Assembly: GCA_964469815.1 (NCBI GenBank)
Contig: CAYXZC010000051.1
Coordinates: 1 to 13,851, forward strand
DNA from: an uncultured Eggerthellaceae bacterium
Lineage (GTDB): Bacteria; Actinomycetota; Coriobacteriia; Coriobacteriales; Eggerthellaceae
Reading direction: 5' to 3'
Length of the DNA stretch: 13,851 nucleotides
Position 1 is the first letter of the stretch, and every line of letters starts with the position of its first letter. Shown piece after piece: positions 1 through 9,760 of this stretch. Under the pieces are notes generated by a model. That model had not been told where the DNA came from, searched no databases, and saw nothing but the letters and a program-made list of their open reading frames with translations. Both the position numbers and the translations under genes were made by a program.

Positions 1-2375
<2,375 letters not shown>

Positions 2376-2778
2376 GAAGCTTTTCCTCCTTTATGATCGA
2401 TTGATGATCGAGGTGATTTTGCGAAAAAGTCGCAAGGTACAAAAGCCTATTAAAGAAGTCGGGCTAAGTCAAGGATTTTTTTTACGAGTTGTGGAGATTT
2501 TATGGAGTTTTGATATCTCGCGTAGGTCTGTAAGGCTTGCCGAAATATCAAAACAAAGAACGTCTCCATGCCATGTTTCGAATTCTCATTATTGTCGATA
2601 GATAGAAAGCAGGATCGAAGTCTATAAGCCTTCGATACAAGATATATGCGCCTGATGTGCTTGAGTCGAGGTTCAAGCCAAAGGAGTCGTGAGATCCACT
2701 CGTGCCGGGTTTGCACGAGTTAGCTCACGACGACGACGCGTCGAGACGAAAGCGCATTCGGCGCATTTCATCAGTACG

Positions 2779-2807
2779 AAAAAGGGGCAGGATCGAGATC
2801 CTGCCCC
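2779..2807 (-). terminator. Rho-independent terminator of the LytTR regulator gene. It insulates that gene from the rpoB leader.
   Basis: GC-rich perfect hairpin: GGGGCAGGATC (2784-2794) pairs with GATCCTGCCCC (2797-2807). On the plus strand it is preceded by AAAAA (2779-2783), which is a TTTTT run following the stem on the minus strand. It lies 34 nt past the stop codon at 2841-2843. Confidence 0.75.
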
Positions 2808-2840
2808 TACAGCTGGATATATGATGGATTATTACCTACG

Positions 2841-3566
2841 TTACAGTCCGAGAACCTTCTTAAGCGAAGAAGCCTTTCTACGGCTAACGTCGATCTTGCG
2901 ATCGACATTGTTGAGGGTGAGAAGCAGCTTGCCCCCTTCGACCGATTCGATCTCTTCCACAGTTGAAAGGTTAACGAGATAAGAACGATGCACGCGGAAG
3001 AACCCATGCCCATCGAGGCGCTTCTCGAGCTGCGCCAAGCTGGCCGTTGAGAAATAACGGTTCGTATCGGTCTGGATGTAGGAATAATCATCGCGAGCCT
3101 CGACGAAGCGGATCTTGTCGATCTCGATGAGGATCTTCTTCTGCGCCTTCTCCACAGGAATGCGCTCGCTCTTCTGAACCTGCGCTTGAAGGGCAACCTG
3201 CTCACGAACGCGAGACACAGCCTGCGCCAGACGCTCAGTCTCAACAGGCTTTTGCAAATAGTCGATCGCGTTCACGCGGAAAGCGTCCATCGCGTGTTCG
3301 CTGTAAGCTGTAACGAAGACAACCGCCGGTGGATACTTCAGATTCTGCAAAGCCTCCGCCAAACGCAGACCCGTAGCCTCCGGCATGTTGATATCCAAGA
3401 ACATCACATCACATGGATACTCTTTGAGCTTCTCGATGGCCTCGCGCACGCCTGCGGCCTCTGCCACGACCTCGACACCGCCGACCTCTCCTAGCAAGTA
3501 AGTGAGCTCTGAGCGCGCTGGTGCTTCATCATCAACAATGATCGCTTTGAGCACAATGTCCTCCAT
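2841..3566 (-). CDS. LytTR-family response regulator: REC receiver domain plus LytTR DNA-binding domain (AgrA/LytR/AlgR type).
   Basis: Translation MEDIVLKAIIVDDEAPARSEL...FLDINMP...VVFVTAYSEHA shows receiver-domain acidic and Thr/Lys motifs. C-terminal ...FFRVHRSYLVNLSTVEEI... is the LytTR signature. I prefer the ATG at 3566-3564 as start because it gives a canonical ~241-aa protein with the DD pair at residues 10-11. The ORF track extends to a TTG at 3647, and an ATG at 3626 preceded by GAGG is an alternative. Stop TAA at 2841-2843. Confidence 0.85.
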   Translation of the reverse strand: MEDIVLKAIIVDDEAPARSELTYLLGEVGGVEVVAEAAGVREAIEKLKEYPCDVMFLDINMPEATGLRLAEALQNLKYPPAVVFVTAYSEHAMDAFRVNAIDYLQKPVETERLAQAVSRVREQVALQAQVQKSERIPVEKAQKKILIEIDKIRFVEARDDYSYIQTDTNRYFSTASLAQLEKRLDGHGFFRVHRSYLVNLSTVEEIESVEGGKLLLTLNNVDRKIDVSRRKASSLKKVLGL

Positions 3567-3732
3567 ATCCTTCGGATGCAGATGACTCGAGAGCAGTTTC
3601 ACGACGTGAGACCGTACTCGAACCATGTGCGTTGACCTCGAAATCAACCGTCAGTCAACAACTGTAGCATCTTTATAGCACGACACGCCGTATTGGAGAT
3701 AGAGTAGATTTGGCGCGTATTTTACGTTTGGC

Positions 3733-3738
3733 TTATTA
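3733..3738 (-). promoter_or_regulatory. Candidate -10 box (TATAAT) for the response-regulator transcript.
   Basis: Perfect TATAAT on the minus strand (complement of 3733-3738). It is ~85 nt upstream of the TTG and ~165 nt upstream of the preferred ATG. No convincing -35. Speculative. Confidence 0.25.
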
Positions 3739-3845
3739 TAGCCCATTTTGCAACCGTTCGCCGAATAATCTTACCCGTGCACAAGGAAGTTCCATAGGGG
3801 ATTATCTGTCAACAACCGATCGAACAAGCTTCCGCAATGCACCGA

Positions 3846-4832
3846 CTATCTCTTAGGAATACCCTCCAAGACGATGAAACGGGTACCGGATGCCAACAAG
3901 AGCTCATCGCCAGGATGAATCGAAACCACCGTTTCTGTATCGGAGTTGATATCTCGCTGATCATATGGGGCCTCAACCACCGTCTCTGCATGGTCCACAC
4001 CGCTTATGAGCACTGTCCCATGCGTAGAACCAAGCCCCTTAACGAGCCATTCGCCCTCTTCTGAATGCCAGATCAAAAGATGATGACCGGATACATCCGG
4101 ATCCACATCGTTAATCGCCCCTTCACCCAGAGCAAGCGAACCGATCTCAATCCCATCGATATTCGGATCCAACCAGTGAGGATTTCCTGAAAGGAACCCA
4201 TCAACAAGACGCATCAAAGCGAATGTCGGCATCTGCACATGATCCGTAGTCCGCGAATTGGCAGAACAAGATGGTGTTTTCGGAGTGATAAGGGGCGTTG
4301 CCATACCGGCTCCATGAACCCTTTTCGCAAAATCGATGACCTGCGATGCGGCTCTGTTCGCATTGGCGGTGCAGCCAGCTGTGATCAAGAGCACCATCGC
4401 CATTTCCGCACGCTCATTGACAGTGAATCCGCTTTCGTTCGAGAGTCTATGCAGAACGTTCTTATATATGGATACGTCTTGATGGGCCTTGGCAAGTGCC
4501 CAGACCATCTCTTCGCCCTCTTCCCCGCAGATCATATCAAGTATACGCTGACTCGAGAATGCAGTACGCTTCTGTGCTTTCAACCTCGAAACCACCCTGA
4601 GTGCACTCGCAGAATAATCAGCGAAATAATTCTCCTGAATAGAGCCGATCGGAGCATGCACGACGAAGCGTGATAGCCACGTTTTATCGTCGGTGCGACT
4701 CACAGGACTGATACCATCGGAAAGCGGTCTTCCCGACAGGATCAAAGATGCCAGCTCTTTATTGATAATTCCCCCGTAACGCTTCATTATGTCGAAAAGC
4801 GCTTCACATGGGGTAAGATCATCTTTCATCAT
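3846..4832 (-). CDS. FHA-domain protein. C-terminal forkhead-associated phospho-Thr-binding domain, with an N-terminal ~210 aa region of unknown fold.
   Basis: 328-aa ORF. The C-terminus VSGHHLLIWHSEEGEWLVKGLGSTHGTVLISGVDHAETVV...IHPGDELLLASGTRFIV matches the FHA pattern (..SR.HA.I... D.GS.NGT.VN ... L..GD.I.LG...F.F). The tandem start codons ATGATG (4832-4827) overlap the kinase stop TGA (4821-4819) by 14 nt, consistent with translational coupling. Stop TAG at 3846-3848. Confidence 0.75.
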   Translation of the reverse strand: MMKDDLTPCEALFDIMKRYGGIINKELASLILSGRPLSDGISPVSRTDDKTWLSRFVVHAPIGSIQENYFADYSASALRVVSRLKAQKRTAFSSQRILDMICGEEGEEMVWALAKAHQDVSIYKNVLHRLSNESGFTVNERAEMAMVLLITAGCTANANRAASQVIDFAKRVHGAGMATPLITPKTPSCSANSRTTDHVQMPTFALMRLVDGFLSGNPHWLDPNIDGIEIGSLALGEGAINDVDPDVSGHHLLIWHSEEGEWLVKGLGSTHGTVLISGVDHAETVVEAPYDQRDINSDTETVVSIHPGDELLLASGTRFIVLEGIPKR

Positions 4833-6756
4833 CTATCTTTGCTCCTCGAGATGACGGAGTCGAAATATCATCGATTCCATCATACAGCTCGCCACCGGGA
4901 TCGGAGTCCGCATTCAGCTTCACATTCATGCTTTCCAACAATTCGGCCTTGATATTCGATGATCTTGACGGATCGCTCGATCCTGATGATCTCGGAAGAG
5001 CGCGGAATCTTTTACGCATACGTGGTGCATGTACAGGAAAAGCCGTATCTACGACGAACGGACACCATGACATCACCGACACCGCGAAGATCGCCCAACG
5101 ATACAAATCTCCATAAGCCTCCGGATCGAACGCAGCAACATTCGTCAGGAGTATAAGCATAGCGCCTCCCGCAGCGATACCAATACTTCCGCGAACCAAA
5201 CTCGCTACGCTATCCCTTCGTGTTCCACGCGCCAGAACACCCAGAACAACTGGCAAGAAAAGAAGTAGGACCAAAAGCTCGGATCCAAGCCCCTCCAACT
5301 CGATCGAACCGACTTCAACGGAGAGCGGCTCCATTTGGATCAGAAAGGCCATGGTCACCACAACAGCGGCTCCAAGACCTACAGAAAGGCTCTTCCCAAA
5401 AGCGCGGATAAGATTACGCGCATATAGTGAAAACCGTTTGACACCTTTATTGATGAATGGTGCCCGGCAAGGCTCAAGGATCTCTCCACACAATGCACGC
5501 CCGATATTGGATGCGTACGAAGCGCAGAACGAATCCAGCGCATCATGCATCTCTTCCGCTGAAGGACGCTTTTTGGGATCGTCAACAAGGCACGACCGCA
5601 TGAGAGCCATCAAAGGTGCATCCACCTGTGAAAGAGACTCCGATATCTCTTGAGCAGTAGGCGCCGACGCTAATTCGGATATCGTGCGATGCAGAATAAC
5701 AGCCACCTCGGGTTCTCGTCTGAGCACAACGAACAGATCGTCATCTCCATCGTGGGCCGTCTTCGGCCTTGATCCTACGAAGCGAGGGCTTGCGTCCCCA
5801 TATATAAGAAGGCACAGAATGCTCGCTACAGCATATACATCCGAAGCCTGTGTGCATTTAGGGCATTCAGATGCTTTGGTCGCTACATAAGCCGATGGGT
5901 CGACCCTTGTCTCAGGAGCGGCGAATTCGGGCGTAGCGGCACCAAGGAACCCGTGATCGATATCCTCCACCACATCGATTCGCCCATCCGACGATACATA
6001 AGCTGAACTCAGGTCGATCAACCTTATATCGAACATCCCCTCTTGGATCTGCTCTTCGATAGATTGGCGTGATGTGTCGATCATTATATTCCTGAGTGAG
6101 AGATCCCCATGACCTATCTCGCGATCAAGCACACCGCTACGAGCCAGCACATCAAATATATCGCGCCCCAGTCGCGCAGCAACAAGAGGCGAAAGACGTC
6201 CCGAATCATCGATGGACATACGCGCCATCGCCATCAGTAGATCCTCGCCTTCGATCCATTCCATCACAAGGACAGGACGATCTTCCAAGTACGCTCTTCC
6301 GTAAAGCTTTGGATACCCCTTGATCCCCGACAACATACGATGTACTTCATACTCGCGCTCAAAATGAGGGTCGGTCTTTCTGGATGCATCTGACGCAACA
6401 GCCTTGCCAAACGGTTCGGTATCCTCCACGATCTCCGCATCCATCGTTCGGTGCACATCAGCTTTCCTCACTTTCAAAGCGAAATGCTCCCCGAATACAT
6501 TCGTTGCGTGAATGATGCTGCCTGTGCTCCCCTCGCGAGTACGTGAGCGATCTATGAACAGAGTGCTGAATCTCCTACAATATGATTCTCTTTGACCATC
6601 GGAAAGGGTCATAGGAGCACAGAAATCTTCCAAGTAGATTCTTTCAAGGAAAGCAATGGGCTCCTCTTCGAATATCGCTAGAGAGTCGTCTTCCTCTTCG
6701 TCCGTCATCGTAACAGGAAAAGCTTCTACCTGGATGATATCAACATCACGCGCCAT
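4819..6756 (-). CDS. Hanks-type (eukaryotic-like) protein kinase with a 4-helix transmembrane module and a C-terminal tail. The catalytic loop and DFG motif are atypical.
   Basis: 645 aa. Kinase subdomains are recognisable: FALKVRK (beta3 Lys), E in EREYEVHRML (alphaC), catalytic loop GHGDLSLRNIMID (HGD in place of HRD; LSLRN resembles the Tyr-kinase HRDLAARN more than the Ser/Thr HRDLKPEN), IDLSS (DFG replaced by DLS), TPEFAAPE (APE), DVYAVASILCLL (DxWSxG-like), and KRPSAEEM (subdomain XI Arg). Four hydrophobic helices follow: LSVGLGAAVVVTMAFLIQ, LGSELLVLLLFLPVVLGVLA, SIGIAAGGAMLILLTNVAAF, LYRWAIFAVSVMSWCPFVV. The start ATG is 12 nt after the upstream gene's stop. Confidence 0.85.
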   Translation of the reverse strand: MARDVDIIQVEAFPVTMTDEEEDDSLAIFEEEPIAFLERIYLEDFCAPMTLSDGQRESYCRRFSTLFIDRSRTREGSTGSIIHATNVFGEHFALKVRKADVHRTMDAEIVEDTEPFGKAVASDASRKTDPHFEREYEVHRMLSGIKGYPKLYGRAYLEDRPVLVMEWIEGEDLLMAMARMSIDDSGRLSPLVAARLGRDIFDVLARSGVLDREIGHGDLSLRNIMIDTSRQSIEEQIQEGMFDIRLIDLSSAYVSSDGRIDVVEDIDHGFLGAATPEFAAPETRVDPSAYVATKASECPKCTQASDVYAVASILCLLIYGDASPRFVGSRPKTAHDGDDDLFVVLRREPEVAVILHRTISELASAPTAQEISESLSQVDAPLMALMRSCLVDDPKKRPSAEEMHDALDSFCASYASNIGRALCGEILEPCRAPFINKGVKRFSLYARNLIRAFGKSLSVGLGAAVVVTMAFLIQMEPLSVEVGSIELEGLGSELLVLLLFLPVVLGVLARGTRRDSVASLVRGSIGIAAGGAMLILLTNVAAFDPEAYGDLYRWAIFAVSVMSWCPFVVDTAFPVHAPRMRKRFRALPRSSGSSDPSRSSNIKAELLESMNVKLNADSDPGGELYDGIDDISTPSSRGAKIDDER

Positions 6757-6768
6757 ATCGATATGCGC

Positions 6769-7680
6769 CTAAAGCTTGATGGTGGCTGCACGCGCCCGGC
6801 ATTCAGCAAGATAACGTACTTCTCCGTTTGAATTCAGATGAGGCCTTAGGATTCCTGGAGCATTCTGCTTCAGAAAACCATTGACGGTTCGCATCGTCGA
6901 ACATGAATTCGTAAGATCGTTGAAACATGTACTTAGCTTTTGAGCCTGGTCATACCACTTGGACTTATTCAGTACATAGTTTCCGTTATACCTGTAAGAA
7001 CTGACCCTGATACGGGCTTGGTCACACTTATGAAGCAATGCTGCCGCATCCGTTGGAGCACAACTAGCATGCGTTATATTGGGATCGGTCGAATTCATCG
7101 TAGAGTAAAGATGTTCGAAACCCTCGCAAACTTCGTTGTAGTAAGGCTCAAGGTCTGCATAGCATGCAACCAGATGAGCGTGAATTTCCTCTTCTACCTC
7201 AGGGGGTAACGCATCCGATGTCGAAGAGGATCCCGCGCTTCCTCCCGGCTGAGATGGATAACCGCCTGTGTTATCAGGAAGAGCAACGGAGTCAGTTGGA
7301 CCCTGCGAGGTTGAATCCGAACCGGATCCGGATGAATCACCAAGAATGGATTGTATAGATGAGAAAGCAGGGCCGCCTATAAGGGGCGAAAGTCCGAGCG
7401 TACCCCCTTCGCTGACAGCCGAACTGCCATTCGTTGTCTCAAGAGCGTCAGGAGAACTTGCATCCGTGTGCGATTCGGAGGTTTCGGGGGTTTCCTGGTC
7501 GGAGTTGAAGAACGAATCAGCCACAGAAGCCACTTCGAACGGACTAGTTAAGACCGCAGGGATGCTAACGGCATAAGCGATCGCGCTGAACCCAACGAGT
7601 GTCAACGAGAAAACGGCTAACGAGAACAGCACATGGGAAGAAGCTGTCCTGGAGAACTTCAGCTTGTTTGCTCGTTTCAT
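6769..7680 (-). CDS. Secreted or membrane-anchored protein. It has an N-terminal signal/anchor, a Ser/Gly/Thr/Asp/Pro-rich low-complexity linker and a C-terminal 8-Cys domain of unknown function.
   Basis: Start re-assigned to the ATG at 7680-7678 (MKRANKLKFSRTASSHVLFSLAVFSLTLVGFSAIAYA...). It has AGGAG 9 nt upstream and a classic n/h-region signal peptide with AYA-V. The ORF-track extension to 7851 adds 57 non-signal residues across the promoter region and is probably spurious. Linker: ...DSSGSGSDSTSQGPTDS...GGSAGSSSTSD.... The C-terminal ~140 aa carry 8 Cys. Stop TAG at 6769-6771, 12 nt before the kinase ATG, so this is the first gene of the operon. Confidence 0.65.
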   Translation of the reverse strand: MKRANKLKFSRTASSHVLFSLAVFSLTLVGFSAIAYAVSIPAVLTSPFEVASVADSFFNSDQETPETSESHTDASSPDALETTNGSSAVSEGGTLGLSPLIGGPAFSSIQSILGDSSGSGSDSTSQGPTDSVALPDNTGGYPSQPGGSAGSSSTSDALPPEVEEEIHAHLVACYADLEPYYNEVCEGFEHLYSTMNSTDPNITHASCAPTDAAALLHKCDQARIRVSSYRYNGNYVLNKSKWYDQAQKLSTCFNDLTNSCSTMRTVNGFLKQNAPGILRPHLNSNGEVRYLAECRARAATIKL

Positions 7681-7981
7681 AGCTTCGCACTCCTTTTGAA
7701 ATCCATCAAAATAGTTGCACAACCACGCGAAGCTCTCAGCCCCTATAATCTCAAAACGATCTACATCCCGAAAAGAGGGCGTTCGCGCAGTTACCACACT
7801 GTCTTTCAGGATGCATGCAAGCAAACCAACAAAGAAAGCAAACGCCCTCATATCGGTTGGTTATATACATGCTGTCCTATCAAACCTGACCGGATCAGGC
7901 CATCAGTGTGGTACCCATGATTCTATCAAATCAGATGCTGGCGCGCGATGTTGATGCATGAAGATATCGCCGCTCATTCAA

Positions 7982-8043
7982 ATTCGGATTTTGGTAAATA
8001 TTCATTCGGATTTTTGCAGATCTCTATTCGGATTTTGGTAAAA
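7982..8043. repeat. Three direct repeats [A/T]ATTCGGATTTT[G/T]G with exact 22-bp periodicity. Candidate direct-repeat operator, of the kind bound by LytTR-type regulators.
   Basis: Copy 1 ATTCGGATTTTGGTAAA at 7982-7998, copy 2 ATTCGGATTTTTGCAGA at 8004-8020, copy 3 ATTCGGATTTTGGTAAA at 8026-8042. Copies 1 and 3 are 17/17 identical. The phasing of 22 bp is about two helical turns. They lie in the divergent intergenic region between the minus-strand kinase operon (start 7680) and the plus-strand lipoprotein gene (start 8240). Confidence 0.6.
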
Positions 8044-8129
8044 GCTTATCTGTGCATGAGTTTAGCGTGTGAGCTTAGGACGGTTTTAAACTCACGCTTT
8101 TTGTTTCCCAACTCTCTATGTTCCTGCAA

Positions 8130-8183
8130 TCTATGCGCCCTATGAGCCTTTGCCCCCCATCTCCATTCCAAAAGTTGTACAAC
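8130..8183 (+). promoter_or_regulatory. Promoter/operator element A. A conserved ~55-bp segment ending in the perfect palindrome GTTGTACAAC (8174-8183), 57 bp upstream of the lipoprotein gene.
   Basis: TCTATGCGCCCTATGAGCCTTTGCCCCCCATCTCCATTCCAAAAGTTGTACAAC aligns with 9761-9811 (element B), differing by a few substitutions and a 3-bp indel. GTTGTACAAC is its own reverse complement. Confidence 0.45.
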
Positions 8184-8239
8184 CGCATGATCTAATCTAA
8201 GGCGAAAATGCACCTTGCAAATCACAGAGAGGAGCATTG

Positions 8240-8980
8240 ATGAAAAGGATCATGTATATGATATTGGCTTCTTCCTTAGCCATCAGTTTTGGACTTTGCG
8301 GGTGTCAGAGTAACGAAGTAAACCAAGAAACATCGAAGCAAACTCAAGAAGAGCAAACGTCACCCGATGAAGAAACTCAATCCGTCATTGATGAGATCAA
8401 CTCTATAGGAGATGTAACTTTAGAGAAAAAAGAGTTGATCGATTCAACGCGCCAAGCATATGGCTCCTTAAATTCAGAACAAAAGAATCTCGTTGACAAC
8501 TATGATGTCTTAAAAGCCGCCATATCTTCTCTTGATGAGCTTGAAAGAGCCGAAGAAGAGAAAGCAAAGGCTTTTGCAGTGGGAGAAACTGTCGAAGATG
8601 AAGACTTCAGAGTCACGTTAACAAGCGCACAGCTTGATTCGATACTTGAAAGCCCGAATTCACGTACCTCTTGGGAACCAGACAGCAATGCAACATTTGT
8701 GATATTGGAGTTTGACATAGAAGCATTGAATTCGAATCAAATAGCTGTCGATTCGGGTGCGGTATCGAATGTCGTTGCAACCTACAATGGCAACACATAC
8801 AAGGGCTGGGATTACAAATACGTCGTAAGCGAATTATGGCTTTCAGCAAAACGTACGTATTTTGAGGCAAATATGCCGGTACACGTTTATGTATACACCT
8901 CAATCCCTTCGTCAGCTACATCCGGGTCTGTAACGGTGGATATGGATATTGCTGGGCAAGATAAACAGATCGTAATTTGA
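8240..8980 (+). CDS. Lipoprotein of unknown function: lipobox signal peptide, acidic linker, and a C-terminal beta-rich domain. Tentatively DUF4352/DUF5067-like.
   Basis: ATG at 8240 preceded by GGAG 5 nt upstream; the track's TTG at 8237 is disfavoured. N-terminus MKRIMYMILASSLAISFGLCGCQS has positive n-region, hydrophobic core and Cys, giving a lipobox-like LCGC. An E/Q/T-rich linker is followed by ...ATFVILEFDIEALNSNQIAVD... Stop TGA at 8978-8980. Confidence 0.8.
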   Translation: MKRIMYMILASSLAISFGLCGCQSNEVNQETSKQTQEEQTSPDEETQSVIDEINSIGDVTLEKKELIDSTRQAYGSLNSEQKNLVDNYDVLKAAISSLDELERAEEEKAKAFAVGETVEDEDFRVTLTSAQLDSILESPNSRTSWEPDSNATFVILEFDIEALNSNQIAVDSGAVSNVVATYNGNTYKGWDYKYVVSELWLSAKRTYFEANMPVHVYVYTSIPSSATSGSVTVDMDIAGQDKQIVI

Positions 8981-9079
8981 TAAGGACTTATGACCTGAAG
9001 ATTTTTAAGCCACCAACTCAACGCATTGGACAAAAGTTCATGGATTCATGGTATTTGTAGGAAAAGGAAAGGTAGAAAA

Positions 9080-9634
9080 ATGAAGAGAATAACAAAAGCG
9101 GTCGTAGCTGCAGCATGTACGGCACTACTATCCCTGTCGCTATATGCTTGTGGAACGAATTCCAATAATCAATCCGCTTCTGATAATTCCAACAGTTCCA
9201 GTAGCACACAAGCAGAAAACAACTACGATCCAAAAGTTGAAAGCATCGATTATTCCACCGAGCGTGGCAATATCAAATATGAATACGTAGAAAAAGCGAA
9301 TAGCGAGCTCACAAAGAGCGACAATGCTTTGTTGTTCGTGTTCGACTTCACAAACGAGCAAGATGAACCATCTCCTGCTATCTCACCATTCATTATCGAG
9401 TTCTATCAGAATGGAGTAGAACTGAGCGACTCCCCTTCCTATAGCTCTTCCGGCGGAGATCAATATGAACTACTACGTGCCTCTTCTGACAGCGTTATGA
9501 AAGGCAGCACCATTCAGTTCGGACAGCTCGTTGTACCAAAGGATGACAGCCCTATCACCATCACGGTCAAGCCAAATGGGTATTTCTCAGACAATGAATA
9601 CCAAACCATGGAAGTCGCCATTGATTCTTTGTAG
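9080..9634 (+). CDS. Lipoprotein of unknown function, paralogous in architecture to 8240-8980.
   Basis: ATG at 9080 with GGAAAGG 8 nt upstream; the track extension to 9026 is disfavoured. N-terminus MKRITKAVVAAACTALLSLSLYACGTNSNNQSAS is a signal peptide plus Cys. An S/N-rich linker is followed by ...ALLFVFDFTNEQDEPSPAIS...ITITVKPNGYF, which parallels the ATFVILEFD... segment of the upstream lipoprotein. Stop TAG at 9632-9634. Confidence 0.8.
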   Translation: MKRITKAVVAAACTALLSLSLYACGTNSNNQSASDNSNSSSSTQAENNYDPKVESIDYSTERGNIKYEYVEKANSELTKSDNALLFVFDFTNEQDEPSPAISPFIIEFYQNGVELSDSPSYSSSGGDQYELLRASSDSVMKGSTIQFGQLVVPKDDSPITITVKPNGYFSDNEYQTMEVAIDSL

Positions 9635-9703
9635 GATGATAGATGTAACGCCCTTTGGATAAACGCCACCTGCATAAAACGTAAGCATGAATGCATGAAT
9701 TTA

Positions 9704-9741
9704 GTGTGAGGCTGGGGCAGTCCCAGCCTCACACTTTTTTA
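9704..9741 (+). terminator. Strong rho-independent terminator after the second lipoprotein gene.
   Basis: GTGTGAGGCTGGGG (9704-9717), loop CAGT, then CCCAGCCTCACAC (9722-9734), followed by TTTTTT (9735-9740). Confidence 0.85.
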
Positions 9742-9760
9742 TCTTCCTATCCTCCCGCCC

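Noticed and set aside
2376-2778. rpoB upstream leader, with several short inverted repeats (GATATCTCG...CGAAATATC; TCGAAG...CTTCGA; palindrome CGACGCGTCG at ~2735-2744).
   Set aside because: Long structured leaders upstream of rpoB are normal. None of the small stems is followed by a T-run or matches a known riboswitch or leader motif that I can recognise.
7775-7850. Perfect 9-bp inverted repeat GAGGGCGTT ... AACGCCCTC separated by 58 nt, upstream of the kinase operon.
   Set aside because: A 9-bp inverted repeat with this loop size is expected by chance a few times in 14 kb. No T-run or other signature. It mostly lies within the spurious N-terminal extension of the 6769-7851 ORF.
7982-8043. 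Could the phased repeats be a CRISPR array?
   Set aside because: The unique segments between copies are only ~5-9 nt, far too short for spacers. There are only three copies and no cas genes.
8065-8112. Possible weak terminator (GTGAG...CTCAC followed by GCTTTTTGTTT).
   Set aside because: Only a 5-bp stem with a ~17-nt loop, and no plus-strand gene upstream to terminate.
7633-8145. Small plus-strand ORFs 7633-7920, 7715-7954, 7948-8145 and minus 8046-8237 in the divergent intergenic region.
   Set aside because: No RBS-plus-start combinations. They overlap the promoter/repeat architecture and have biased composition, so they are most likely non-coding.
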